From: Eubacteriales bacterium
GTDB taxonomy: Bacteria; Bacillota; Clostridia; Oscillospirales; CAG-272
Direction of reading: 5' to 3'
Assembly (NCBI GenBank): GCA_045632145.1
Contig: JAZQWB010000005.1
Coordinates: 23,949 to 87,948, forward strand
Length of the DNA stretch: 64,000 nt
The translations under genes were made by a program, and so were the position numbers. Every line of letters begins with the position of its first letter. The first letter of the stretch is position 1. The notes under the pieces are model-generated. The model made no database searches. It worked only from the letters and a program-made list of their open reading frames with translations, and was not told where the DNA came from. Shown here in pieces: positions 38,770 to 48,700 of the stretch.

Positions 38770-41174
38770 CTAAGCTTTGCAAAGGTCTGCATAAGCTTCT
38801 TTACCTGCCCGTTGTCAAAGCGCACCTCGTAGAGCACGTCACCGCCCATATCACGGGAGGAAAGTATTGTGCCCTCGCCAAACATATCGTGCTTTACACG
38901 GCTGCCGACAGATATCTTCTCTACTCCATACTCGGCGGCACCCTGCTTCTCACGCTTCTTGGGTGCAATCTCAACAGGACGGTTAAACTCGCGAAGGTAG
39001 TTGCCCCTCTCCTGCTGATAATTCTGCTGTCCGCCATAGGTGGCATAGCTATTCATAGGCTTGCGTCTGGGAGCATCCTCGAAAATAAGTCTGTCGGGAA
39101 GCTCATCCTTGATGAATCGGGAAAGCTTATTATACGTTGTCTTACCGTACATCATACGGCTCTGTGTATGGGTGACGTAGAGCATCTCCTTTGCTCTGGT
39201 GATAGCAACGTAGGCAAGGCGTCGCTCCTCGCTCATCTCCTCTGCCTCACCGATATTCTGCAGCGAGGGGAAAATACCGTCCTCCATACCTGCAAGGAAT
39301 ACCACAGGGAATTCAAGTCCCTTTGCCGCGTGTACGGTCATAAGAACAACCGCATCGGCATTCTCATCATACTTATCCACGTCGGCAACGAGAGAGATTT
39401 CCTCAAGGAAGCCGTGAGGAGTGGCCTCAAGTCCAAGATCGGCACATCTCTGCTCATACTCTACAGCGGCACCGATAAATTCCTCTACGTTTTCTATCTT
39501 TCCCTCTCCCTCAAAGCCCTCGGCAGTGAGCATAGCCTTGTAGCCCGAGTCCTCGAAGAGGGCGGTTATCATCTCGGAGGGAAGCTTCTTCTCCTCCTTG
39601 ATCTTTTCTATTATATCCGAAAAGGCCTTAAGCTTTTCGGCATTCTTGGAAAGCGCGGTATGGTCGGACGCATTTTTCACCACGTCATACATAGAAAGGC
39701 CGAGAGAGGAGGCAATCTCCTCAATGGCATCAACGGTGGTCTGTCCAATCTTACGCTTGGGCTCGTTGATAATGCGCTTAAGACGAAGGTTGTCAAAGGG
39801 GGACACAAGGACAGAGAGATATGCCATCATATCCTTTACTTCCTTACGGTCATAGAAGCCCATATCTCCCACAACGCGATAAGGAATACCACTCTTGGCA
39901 AAGGATGTCTGGAGCGAGCGGCCAAGGGCATTGATTCTGTAAAGCACCGCAAAATCCGAATACTTGCGGCCGTCTCTCTTTATGCCGTTGTTAATACGGT
40001 CAATGATGTACTTGCCCTCGTCATTCTGGTCATCCGACTGATGGAGAATGATCTTCTCACCTGCACCCTTGTCACACCAGAGGCGCTTGTCACGTCGGTT
40101 GTCATTGTGGTGGATAACCGCATTTGCCGCCTCAAGAATGTTGCCTGTGGAGCGGTAATTCTGCTCCAGCTTTATTACCGTAGCATCGGGATAGGTGGTA
40201 TCAAAGTTAAGAATATTTTCAATGGTAGCACCGCGGAATTTATATATCGACTGGTCGTCGTCTCCTACTACCATAATGTTTCTGTATTTATCCGAGAGTA
40301 TCCTGGTAAGCACAAACTGTGCGTAGTTGGTGTCCTGATACTCGTCAACCAAGACAAACTTAAACTTATTCTGATAATACTCTCTTACGTCCTCCTCGCG
40401 CTGAAGAAGGTCAACCGTCATCATAATGATATCGTCAAAATCGACCGCGTTATACTCCATAAGCTTCTGCTGATAAAGCTTATAGATACGGACAATATCT
40501 CTGCTTCTGGGGTCCTGATTTACGTCTATATCATCTGGGGTCTTAAGCTCGTCCTTTGCAATACTGATAGCATTGGCAACCGCCTTTACGGCAAGGCGCT
40601 TTTCATCTATGCAAAGTTCCTTCATACAGCCTGTGAGAAGTCTCTTCTTATCATCTGTATCGTAGATAGAGAAGCCCTCGCGGTAGCCGAGACGGTCACC
40701 GTATTTACGGAGGATACGGAGGCATACCGAATGGAAGGTGCCCGACCAAACAGAGCCTGCGATATCGGGGTCGTCAAAGGTGCGAAGAAGTCTCTCTCTT
40801 ATCTCGCCTGCCGCCTTGTTGGTGAAGGTGATGGCAAGCACAGACCAAGGGGCTGCGGAGTGAGATGCAAACTGAGGAAGAATCTCCTCAATCTCCTCGG
40901 GCTCCATATCAATAGCCCCCTCAAGCACCTCGGCCGCCTCGGGAGAAAGCCCATCGGGATATTCCTCCGAGAAGTATGCGTTGCCGTACTTTATAAGATA
41001 TGCAATTCTATTTACTAAAACCGTAGTTTTTCCACTACCTGCGCCTGCAAGCACAAGAAGGGGGCCGTCAACGGTAAATACGGCCTTGCGCTGCTCTGGG
41101 TTAAGTCTTCTGCCATAAACCTTGTCGAAAAGAGCGCGCTTTGCACTTAGGTATTTATTGATAATTTCCTGCAT
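38760..41174 (-). CDS. pcrA: ATP-dependent DNA helicase PcrA/UvrD
   Basis: AGAGSGKT, TFTNKAA, VDEYQDTN, GDDDQSIY, HAAKGLEF, EERRLAYVAITRA, Tudor-like C-terminus. Start uncertain; ATG 41174 chosen. Confidence 0.93.
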   Translation of the reverse strand: MQEIINKYLSAKRALFDKVYGRRLNPEQRKAVFTVDGPLLVLAGAGSGKTTVLVNRIAYLIKYGNAYFSEEYPDGLSPEAAEVLEGAIDMEPEEIEEILPQFASHSAAPWSVLAITFTNKAAGEIRERLLRTFDDPDIAGSVWSGTFHSVCLRILRKYGDRLGYREGFSIYDTDDKKRLLTGCMKELCIDEKRLAVKAVANAISIAKDELKTPDDIDVNQDPRSRDIVRIYKLYQQKLMEYNAVDFDDIIMMTVDLLQREEDVREYYQNKFKFVLVDEYQDTNYAQFVLTRILSDKYRNIMVVGDDDQSIYKFRGATIENILNFDTTYPDATVIKLEQNYRSTGNILEAANAVIHHNDNRRDKRLWCDKGAGEKIILHQSDDQNDEGKYIIDRINNGIKRDGRKYSDFAVLYRINALGRSLQTSFAKSGIPYRVVGDMGFYDRKEVKDMMAYLSVLVSPFDNLRLKRIINEPKRKIGQTTVDAIEEIASSLGLSMYDVVKNASDHTALSKNAEKLKAFSDIIEKIKEEKKLPSEMITALFEDSGYKAMLTAEGFEGEGKIENVEEFIGAAVEYEQRCADLGLEATPHGFLEEISLVADVDKYDENADAVVLMTVHAAKGLEFPVVFLAGMEDGIFPSLQNIGEAEEMSEERRLAYVAITRAKEMLYVTHTQSRMMYGKTTYNKLSRFIKDELPDRLIFEDAPRRKPMNSYATYGGQQNYQQERGNYLREFNRPVEIAPKKREKQGAAEYGVEKISVGSRVKHDMFGEGTILSSRDMGGDVLYEVRFDNGQVKKLMQTFAKLRKL

Positions 41175-41354
41175 TTTTTCTTTACTTTCGTTAAATTTAA
41201 ACATCTCGGCGAAATCTTCGTAATTTTTACACCGAGTTTTTTTGTTTTTGCAAATAGAGGAGGGGACTTTATATAAATCGGAAAAATAATTTTTATTTCC
41301 GAAGGAGTATACAAAGCCGATTTTCTGCAAATCTGTGACACCCATTTTTGTGGC

Positions 41355-41461
41355 TTTTCCACAGTCCCGTATGTTGAAAATGTGGATAAATAACCGCCAA
41401 AAAAGGCCTTATCCACAGTCATTATGCCCAATTTTCACTGTTTTGGCCAGAGTTTTCCACA
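41355..41461. promoter_or_regulatory. DnaA-box cluster
   Basis: TTTTCCACA 41355-41363, TGTTGAAAA 41372-41380, TGTGGATAA 41381-41389, TTATCCACA 41409-41417, TTTTCCACA 41453-41461. Confidence 0.8.
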
Positions 41462-41626
41462 TTTGGAATGGGTGAGGGGCATTTTGAGCCATTAAGTCAC
41501 AAAAAGTGCACTTTTCCGTTATTTGACAAAAAGGGCTTCATTTTCAGCTCTGTTTTTGCCATTTGAAAGCTAAATTTCTGCCCTTGTTTTTGTTGTATTT
41601 TGTCGTGGTAAAATTTACGAAATAAA

Positions 41627-43708
41627 TCAGCGCTTTTTATTCTTCGCTGTCTTTTTGCCCGATTTCTCCTGCTTTTTAGCCGAGGCGGGCTTGCGAGTCA
41701 TTCTATCTGCCTCGCGACGGATTCTGTCGGCGTCCTCACCGAAGATACGGTCGAACTTGCTCTTGCCCTTTTTCTTGGCGGTCGAGGCATAATAGCCAAC
41801 TCCGAGAGCGCCTGCGGGAGTAGGTCCGCGCTTAGCCTTCGAGCTGCCCTTTTTCTTTGCCGAGCCACTCTTCTTTACGTTCTCGGGAATAAATCTACCG
41901 CCTGCAAAGGATGGACGTACAAGACACTCGGGGCCGTTGCCGATAAGGTCCTCTCTGCCTGCAAGACGGAGAGCCTCGCGTACAAGATTAGCGTTATCGG
42001 GCTTGGAATACTGAAGAAGAGCGCGCTGAAGCTGCTTTTCGTGATAGTCGGTAGTAACCTGCACCTTTTTGCCGGTCATAGGGTGAATGCCTGTGTAGTA
42101 CATTACCGTAGAAATAGTACCGGGGGTGGGATAGTAGTCCTGCACCTGCTCGGGCATATAGCCCCATTTCTTGAGCCAGGTGGCCATCTCAACGGCATCG
42201 TTAAGAGTTGTACCGGGGTGGCTGGACATAAGGTAAGGCACAAGATACTGCTCAAGCCCTGCCTCACCGCAGAGTGCGAAATACTTCTTCTTAAACCTCT
42301 CGTACACCTCGATAGGAGGCTTGCCCATCATCATAAGAGTATTGTTGGCACAATGCTCGGGGGCAACCTTAAGCTGTCCCGACACGTGATGAGTAACGAG
42401 CTGACGGAAGAAGGAATCGTCATCGTCATAAATAAGATAGTCAAAGCGGATGCCCGATCTTACAAACACCTTCTTAATCTTAGGCAGAGCCTCGATCTCG
42501 CGAAGAAGATGAGCATACTCGGTGTGGTCCACCTTAAGATGCTTACAGGGGGTGGGCGCAAGGCACTTACGTCCGGGGCAAACACCGTTTTCCTTCTGTC
42601 TGTCGCAGGAGGGGTATCTGAAATTGGCGGTAGGACCGCCTACGTCGTGGATATAGCCCTTGAAATCGGGCATCTCGGTAATAATCTTGGCCTCGCGGAT
42701 AACGCTCTCCTCACTTCTGGAGCGCACCTCTCTACCCTGATGGAATGCAAGGGCACAGAAGTTACACGCACCGAAGCAGCCGCGGTTATGTGTAAGCGAA
42801 AACTTAACCTCGGTAATAGCAGGTACACCGCCAAGTGCCTCATAGTCGGGATGATAATTTCTCGCATACGGAAGGGCGTACACTTGGTCAAGCCCCTCTC
42901 TCTCAAGAGGGGGCATAGGGGGATTCTGCACCAGCATCTTGTCACCGTAATACTCAATAATGGCCTTACCCTTTACCGAGTCGGTATTCTTATACTGTGT
43001 GGCAAAGGCCTTGGCATAAACGGCCTTGTCTGTCTTAAGGGTATCGTAATCACCAACCTCAACAGAGTCGAAGTGAACAGGCTCACCGACCTTGCCAAGA
43101 TAAACGGTGCCACGCACGTCGCGAATCTTTTTAACAGGCACACCCTTGTCAAGCAGTCTGGCAATGCGACGGAGGATATTTTCACCCATACCGTAGGTAA
43201 GCAGGTCTGCTCTGGAGTCCACGAGAATACTGCGACGCACTCTGTCCTCCCAATAATCGTAGTGTGCAAAGCGGCGCAGAGATGCCTCAAGACCGCCAAT
43301 AACGATAGGAATATCACCGTATGCCTCGCGGATACGGTTGCAATATACGATAGTCGCACGGTCGGGACGGAGTCCCATTTTTCCACCGGGGGAATAGTAG
43401 TCATAGGAGCGGCGCTTCTTTGATACCGTATAATGTGCCACCATAGAGTCGATATTTCCGCCTGTAACAAGGAAGCCAAGACGGGGTCTGCCAAAGCGCT
43501 TAAAGTCCTCGGTGCTCTTGTAGTCGGGCTGAGAGAGAATCGCCACGCGGAAGCCCTCTGCCTCCAAGACTCTTGAGATGATGGCAACGCCAAAGGACGG
43601 GTGGTCCACATACGCGTCACCCGTCACATATACGAAATCTACCTCGGACCAATTCCGAGCCTTAACGTCCTCCGCATTTACCGGAAGAAACAAATTTCTG
43701 TCTGTCAT
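41627..43708 (-). CDS. YgiQ-family radical SAM protein
   Basis: TGDAYVDHPSFG, RGCFGACNFC, LKVAPEH, YLMSSHPG; Lys-rich tail. Confidence 0.93.
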   Translation of the reverse strand: MTDRNLFLPVNAEDVKARNWSEVDFVYVTGDAYVDHPSFGVAIISRVLEAEGFRVAILSQPDYKSTEDFKRFGRPRLGFLVTGGNIDSMVAHYTVSKKRRSYDYYSPGGKMGLRPDRATIVYCNRIREAYGDIPIVIGGLEASLRRFAHYDYWEDRVRRSILVDSRADLLTYGMGENILRRIARLLDKGVPVKKIRDVRGTVYLGKVGEPVHFDSVEVGDYDTLKTDKAVYAKAFATQYKNTDSVKGKAIIEYYGDKMLVQNPPMPPLEREGLDQVYALPYARNYHPDYEALGGVPAITEVKFSLTHNRGCFGACNFCALAFHQGREVRSRSEESVIREAKIITEMPDFKGYIHDVGGPTANFRYPSCDRQKENGVCPGRKCLAPTPCKHLKVDHTEYAHLLREIEALPKIKKVFVRSGIRFDYLIYDDDDSFFRQLVTHHVSGQLKVAPEHCANNTLMMMGKPPIEVYERFKKKYFALCGEAGLEQYLVPYLMSSHPGTTLNDAVEMATWLKKWGYMPEQVQDYYPTPGTISTVMYYTGIHPMTGKKVQVTTDYHEKQLQRALLQYSKPDNANLVREALRLAGREDLIGNGPECLVRPSFAGGRFIPENVKKSGSAKKKGSSKAKRGPTPAGALGVGYYASTAKKKGKSKFDRIFGEDADRIRREADRMTRKPASAKKQEKSGKKTAKNKKR

Positions 43709-43717
43709 AATAAACGA

Positions 43718-44959
43718 TTAAATAGTAAAGCTATCGAGTGCTACCTCGGTCTGCTCTCCACTTTCCATATCACGAAGCTGTGCCTTACCTGCCTCAACCT
43801 CGCTGTCACCGATAATAAGGGTATACCTTGCACCCTTCTTGTTAGCATACTTCATCTGTGCCTTAAGGCTTCTGCCCACAACGTCGCACTCGGCAAACCT
43901 GCCCTCTCTGCGAAGTCGCTCGGTAATCTCAAGGCCCTTAACCATAGCCCTCTCACCAAGAGCGGCAATGTAGATAAGAGGCTTTGCACCCTCGATATTA
44001 TCAAGGCCAAGCTCACGCATAGCAAGGATAAGTCTGGTAATACCCATACCGAAGCCGATACCGGGAAGCTCGGGGCCACCGAGAGAGGAAACAAGACCGT
44101 CATAACGGCCGCCGCCGCAAACGGTAGACTGAGCACCGATGCCCTCGGCAATAAACTCAAATACGGTGCCTGTGTAGTAGTCAAGGCCTCTTACGATAGA
44201 GGAATCTACCACGTAGTCGATATTCATAGCACCAAGTGCGCTCTTAAGCATATTGAAATTAGACTCACAGCCCTCGCAAAGATGGTCAACGGTCTTGGGT
44301 GCATTTACGGCAAGAGCGTGGCAATCGGGATTCTTACAGTCAAGCAGACGCAGAGGATTCTTCTCAAGTCTGGTCTTACAGGTGTCGCAAAGGGTGTCAA
44401 CGTGAGAGTTGTAATACTCTACAAGAGCCTCTCTGTACTTGGGACGGCAGTCCTTACAGCCGATAGAGTTAACGTGAAGCTTTACGTTAGTAAGGCCAAG
44501 TCTCTTGAGCACCGAGTTTGCAAGCGCGATAGCGGTAGCATCGGATGCAGGGCTGTGAGAGCCGAACATCTCTGTACCAAACTGAACGAACTCACGGCTT
44601 CTGCCCGCCTGAGGCTTCTCGTGACGGAAGCAGGACATAATGTAGTAGTACTTAAGGGGCATGGGATCGGAGCATCTGCCGTTTTCGATAAGTGCTCTTA
44701 CAACCGATGCAGTACCCTCGGGACGGAGAGAGATGCTTCTGCCCTCATCTCTGTCTGCAAAGGTGTACATCTCCTTCTGTACAACGTCGGTGGTGTCACC
44801 TACACCGCGAACAAAAAGCTCGGTATTCTCGAAGGTGGGAGTACGAATCTCACCGTAGCCGTACTTCTCTGCCTCCTCACGCATAATACCCTCTATGTAT
44901 CTCCAGAGAGGAGTCTCCTCGGGGAGTATATCCATTGTGCCTTTAATCTTCTGAATCAT
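43718..44959 (-). CDS. hisS: Histidine--tRNA ligase
   Basis: KEMYTF, LRPEGTA, FRHEKPQAGR.REF.Q, VRGLDYYT, GGGRYDGL. Confidence 0.98.
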   Translation of the reverse strand: MIQKIKGTMDILPEETPLWRYIEGIMREEAEKYGYGEIRTPTFENTELFVRGVGDTTDVVQKEMYTFADRDEGRSISLRPEGTASVVRALIENGRCSDPMPLKYYYIMSCFRHEKPQAGRSREFVQFGTEMFGSHSPASDATAIALANSVLKRLGLTNVKLHVNSIGCKDCRPKYREALVEYYNSHVDTLCDTCKTRLEKNPLRLLDCKNPDCHALAVNAPKTVDHLCEGCESNFNMLKSALGAMNIDYVVDSSIVRGLDYYTGTVFEFIAEGIGAQSTVCGGGRYDGLVSSLGGPELPGIGFGMGITRLILAMRELGLDNIEGAKPLIYIAALGERAMVKGLEITERLRREGRFAECDVVGRSLKAQMKYANKKGARYTLIIGDSEVEAGKAQLRDMESGEQTEVALDSFTI

Positions 44960-44979
44960 TTTATTTATCTCCTAGTTTG

Positions 44980-45366
44980 TTAATCTTCTTTATGCGCTTC
45001 CTTAAGAAGCAGCTCCAGTCTTTCCTGATCGCCAATCCACTCAAGCATTCCGATAACCGCCTCAAAGCCTGTAGCGGCACGGTAATCTGCAGCGGATGCG
45101 TGTCTCGGTCTGTTAAGATGACCCGAGTTGGCGGCTCTCTTATAAAGGTCGCGCTCGTCATCAAGAAGCAGGGGCTCTATCCTACGCATCATAGCAGCCT
45201 GCGCCTCTGCGGTAACGTATTTCAGCGAGGCCTCGTTAAGCTCGCCCGATTTACATATTCCCCTCTCAACAAGCATACGTCTGACGTACAATCCGTGTCG
45301 TGCGTCACCAAGATATGCGAGGGCGGCTGTGGTAGGCAGCGACGCACCAATTACGCTATCGTGCAT
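44980..45366 (-). CDS. mrnC: Mini-ribonuclease III
   Basis: LAYLGDA, V.AEAQA, YRAATGFEAVIG. Confidence 0.85.
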   Translation of the reverse strand: MHDSVIGASLPTTAALAYLGDARHGLYVRRMLVERGICKSGELNEASLKYVTAEAQAAMMRRIEPLLLDDERDLYKRAANSGHLNRPRHASAADYRAATGFEAVIGMLEWIGDQERLELLLKEAHKED

Positions 45367-45577
45367 TTTAATCCTCCTGAACGTGTCGGCCGATTGGCTC
45401 GAAAAGTCATTTTTTCACAAATACATTGTAGCATAAAATTATTATAAAATCAATAGTAATATCATATAAATATTTTCTTTAAAAATTTTATTTTGCTCTT
45501 GAAAATGGACAAAGCATATGCTATAATAGGATATATAGTTATGTAAAGTTATAAAAATTCTCGTTTGGAGGGGCAAA

Positions 45578-46264
45578 ATGGAGGGCTTTGAGTATATCAA
45601 AAGCAATTATCTTGCTCTGCTTTCCGAGATAGATCTTTTGTCGAAAAAGGTCGGTCGAGAGGTTAAGCTGGTTGCCGTAACCAAAAGCGGCAGCGACGAG
45701 GAGCTTCTGGCGATTGCCGAGGCAGGAGTGACCGACATCGGTGAAAACCGTCCCGGTGAGCTCTCGCGCAGAGGCATTCTGCTAAACGAAAACGGGTACT
45801 TCCCCGCTTTACATGAGATAGGCAATCTGCAAAGAAACAAGGTCAAGCTTATCATCGACAAGGTGTCTCTCATCCACTCGCTGGACAGCATTGCTCTGGC
45901 AGAGGAGATTGACAAGCAGGCGAAGAGGCTTGGCAGGACTGTCCGTGTGCTTGTGGAGGTCAACTCCGGCCGAGAGGAGCAGAAGGGCGGTATTTACCCC
46001 GAGGACGTAGAGGACTTTTTGAGGAGTCTTGCGGGCTTTTCTTCAATCGAGGTCAAGGGTCTTATGACCATGGGCCCTGTGTGTGAGGACCCCGAGGAGC
46101 TTCGTCCCTATTTCCGCGAGACCAAGGCTCTTTTTGACAGATTGGGTAACACCTACGGCTTTAAGGACGGCACACTCTCTATGGGTATGAGTGACAGCTA
46201 TGCGGTTGCCATCGAGGAGGGTGCTACTCTTGTAAGAGTAGGCAGAAGGATTTTCAAAAAATAA
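45578..46264 (+). CDS. yggS: YggS/YlmE PLP homeostasis protein
   Basis: LVAVTK, GENR, IGNLQRNKVK, GLMTM, LSMGMS.SY..AIEEGAT.VRVG. Confidence 0.93.
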   Translation: MEGFEYIKSNYLALLSEIDLLSKKVGREVKLVAVTKSGSDEELLAIAEAGVTDIGENRPGELSRRGILLNENGYFPALHEIGNLQRNKVKLIIDKVSLIHSLDSIALAEEIDKQAKRLGRTVRVLVEVNSGREEQKGGIYPEDVEDFLRSLAGFSSIEVKGLMTMGPVCEDPEELRPYFRETKALFDRLGNTYGFKDGTLSMGMSDSYAVAIEEGATLVRVGRRIFKK

Positions 46265-46294
46265 AAGATTACAAAATAGAAAGGAAATTCTAAA

Positions 46295-46702
46295 ATGTTT
46301 GAGGATTTCATGAACAAATTAAGAAAGGGAATCGGCAAGGATGACAGCACTGACATTCCCGAATTTCCCACATACGAGGAGGTTACACCCATGAACGCAG
46401 AAAGAAATGAAGAAAGAAGACCCGCTACTCCTATCGTAGCAAGTGCAGGTGACTCTGACAGCAGCCTTGAGCTCAAGGTTATTCGTCCCGCAGCATTTGA
46501 CGAGGTAGGCGAGATCGCAGACCATCTTCTTGACGGTCGCACCGTAGTGCTCAACCTTGAGCTTCTCGACAACGTACAGATCGTACGTATGCTCGACTTC
46601 CTTAACGGCGTGACTTATTCTACCGACGGAGAGATCAAGAACGTTGCTAAAAACACCTTCATCATCACTCCCCACGGCGTTGACGTTTCAGACGATAACT
46701 AA
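46295..46702 (+). CDS. sepF: Cell division protein SepF
   Basis: P..FDE...IADHL.....VVLNLE......R.LDFL.G..Y..DG.......FIITP. Confidence 0.9.
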   Translation: MFEDFMNKLRKGIGKDDSTDIPEFPTYEEVTPMNAERNEERRPATPIVASAGDSDSSLELKVIRPAAFDEVGEIADHLLDGRTVVLNLELLDNVQIVRMLDFLNGVTYSTDGEIKNVAKNTFIITPHGVDVSDDN

Positions 46703-46772
46703 CCCCCAGGAGGCCGTCGCAATCTCTTTTTGCGGCGGCCAAATTTTATAACTACCAAGCAAGGAACAGAAC

Positions 46773-47048
46773 GTGATAGAAGTAATTTATATTTTAGCAA
46801 AGACGGTATCCATTACCCTCAGCGTAGTATCTCTTGCTATGCTGGTGCGTATGATACTGCCCTGGTTCGTAGACCCGATGGAAAGCAGGATCTACGAGCT
46901 GTCCTGCCTTGTTACCGAGCCATTTGTTCTGCCCGTCAGAGCTTTTATGGTAGCGTTAAACATCGGTCAGGACTCACCTATCGATTGGGCCTTTTCAATT
47001 GCATACATTTTAATCTGGTTGCTGAAGAATCTGCTTCCTGCAATCTGA
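46773..47048 (+). CDS. YggT/YlmG family membrane protein
   Basis: R.ILPWF..TEPF..PVR..PID; sits after sepF. Confidence 0.85.
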   Translation: MIEVIYILAKTVSITLSVVSLAMLVRMILPWFVDPMESRIYELSCLVTEPFVLPVRAFMVALNIGQDSPIDWAFSIAYILIWLLKNLLPAI

Positions 47049-47060
47049 CAGGAGATAAAT

Positions 47061-47720
47061 ATGACTTTAATTAAGAAAAAAAAGCCGATGGAATATATAA
47101 TCTATTCGGTTATCATAATCGTCGGAATTTTTATTGATCAGCTGAGTAAGTTTCTGGTATTCAGCAATATGGAAAGGTACGAAAGCATTCCGCTGATCAA
47201 AGATTTTCTTCACATCACCTACACCACTAACCCCGGTGCTGCCTTCGGTATGATGGAGGATCAGAGATGGATATTTATCCTAGTTTCCACAGTTGCGATC
47301 CTTGCATTTGCCGTATATCTCTACCTGGGTCATGCCGAGAATTTGCTCTACGGCATCGCTATATCCATGGTTGTTTCGGGCGGTATCGGTAATATGATCG
47401 ACCGTCTTGGCTTCGGCTTCTACGTTAACGAAAACGGTATGGGTGAGGTTATCGACTTCATCGACTTCTGCGGTATCTGGAAAGCCATATTCAACGGTGC
47501 TGACTCCTTTGTATGCGTGGGTGCAGGACTTCTGATTCTGGCACTTGTTATCGACCTTGTTAAAGAACACAAGGAGGAGGCGGCAAAGAAGAATGCAGAG
47601 TCCAACATGCAGAATGCAGAAATAACCGACGAGACCGCAGAGCCTGAAATTCAGGCTGCCGATTTGAATGACGAGACCGCAGAGCCTCAGCAGATAGCAG
47701 AGGCCGGTGAGGAAGAATAA
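47061..47720 (+). CDS. lspA: Lipoprotein signal peptidase
   Basis: DQLSK, NPGAAFG, GGIGNMIDR, VIDFI, FNGAD. Confidence 0.93.
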   Translation: MTLIKKKKPMEYIIYSVIIIVGIFIDQLSKFLVFSNMERYESIPLIKDFLHITYTTNPGAAFGMMEDQRWIFILVSTVAILAFAVYLYLGHAENLLYGIAISMVVSGGIGNMIDRLGFGFYVNENGMGEVIDFIDFCGIWKAIFNGADSFVCVGAGLLILALVIDLVKEHKEEAAKKNAESNMQNAEITDETAEPEIQAADLNDETAEPQQIAEAGEEE

Positions 47721-48658
47721 TGATATACACCGTATCAGATGCGGACAAGGGCAAGAGGCTTGACGCCTATCTCTCCGAGGTGGCTGAAATTTCCCGCTCG
47801 GCAGCGGCAAAGCTTATTGACGAGGGGCTTTGCACCGTAGGCGGCAAGGCACAGCCGAAGAAATACTCGGTCAAGGAGGGCGACCTTATCGACTTTACTC
47901 CTCCCGAGATCAAGGAGGCAGAGGCCCTGCCCGAAAATATACCCCTCGACGTAGTGTACGAGGATGACTGTATCATTGTAATCAACAAGCCCAAGGGTAT
48001 GGTGGTGCACCCTGCTCCCGGCAATTATTCGGGCACTCTGGTAAACGCCCTGCTTTATCACTGTCGCGACTCGCTGTCGGGCATCGGCGGTGTGATGCGT
48101 CCCGGAATTGTGCACAGAATAGACAAGGATACCTCGGGTCTATTGGTTGTGGCAAAGAATGACGAGGCCCACGCGGCACTCTCCGAGGAGCTAAAATACC
48201 ACGGCATTGAGCGTGAATATCGCGCCCTTGTAACAGGCGGCTTTAAGGATGACACAGGCACTGTGAATTACCCTATCGGACGTCATCCCGTAGACCGAAA
48301 AAAGCAGGCGGTGATTCTCGACGGCAGCGGAAGCGCACGCGAGGCAATTACCCACTACGAGGTGCTCGAGAGATTCGGTGGCGTGTCATATCTGGCGCTT
48401 AAGCTGGAGACCGGCCGCACCCACCAGATCAGAGTACATATGTCATACACAGGCCATCCTCTCCTCGGTGACGAGGTGTATCAGAAGAACAAAACTCAGT
48501 TTGAAAAACGCCATCCACAGCTCTTTCAGGGGCAGGCTCTTCACGCAAAGAAGCTGAGCCTTACTCACCCCAAGACAAAGGAAAGAATGACCTTTGAGTG
48601 TGAGCTTCCTGCAGAGTTCGAGAAGGCTCTTCAGCTACTGAGAAATGATATTTTGTAA
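47720..48658 (+). CDS. RluA/RluD pseudouridine synthase
   Basis: S4 domain, NKPKGMVVHP, HRIDKDTSG, TGRTHQIRVH, QALHA. Confidence 0.93.
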   Translation: MIYTVSDADKGKRLDAYLSEVAEISRSAAAKLIDEGLCTVGGKAQPKKYSVKEGDLIDFTPPEIKEAEALPENIPLDVVYEDDCIIVINKPKGMVVHPAPGNYSGTLVNALLYHCRDSLSGIGGVMRPGIVHRIDKDTSGLLVVAKNDEAHAALSEELKYHGIEREYRALVTGGFKDDTGTVNYPIGRHPVDRKKQAVILDGSGSAREAITHYEVLERFGGVSYLALKLETGRTHQIRVHMSYTGHPLLGDEVYQKNKTQFEKRHPQLFQGQALHAKKLSLTHPKTKERMTFECELPAEFEKALQLLRNDIL

Positions 48659-48669
48659 ATAAAAGTATG

Positions 48670-48698
48670 AAAAAAGACCGCTTTCGCGGTCTTTTTTC
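48670..48698. terminator. Bidirectional terminator
   Basis: aaaaaagaccgc-tttc-gcggtctttttt. Confidence 0.8.
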
Positions 48699-48700
48699 TA

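Noticed and set aside
41175..41345. N-terminal extension of PcrA in the ORF track; similar extensions for mntP, groES, queA, cca and the 27226 ORF
   Set aside because: The extensions run through promoter, riboswitch, CIRCE or operator DNA; downstream starts fit the RBS and/or family length better
44980..45366. Mini-III as a pseudogene because of the divergent DARHGLYVR motif
   Set aside because: The frame is intact and the catalytic Asp (GDA) and Glu (FEA) are retained
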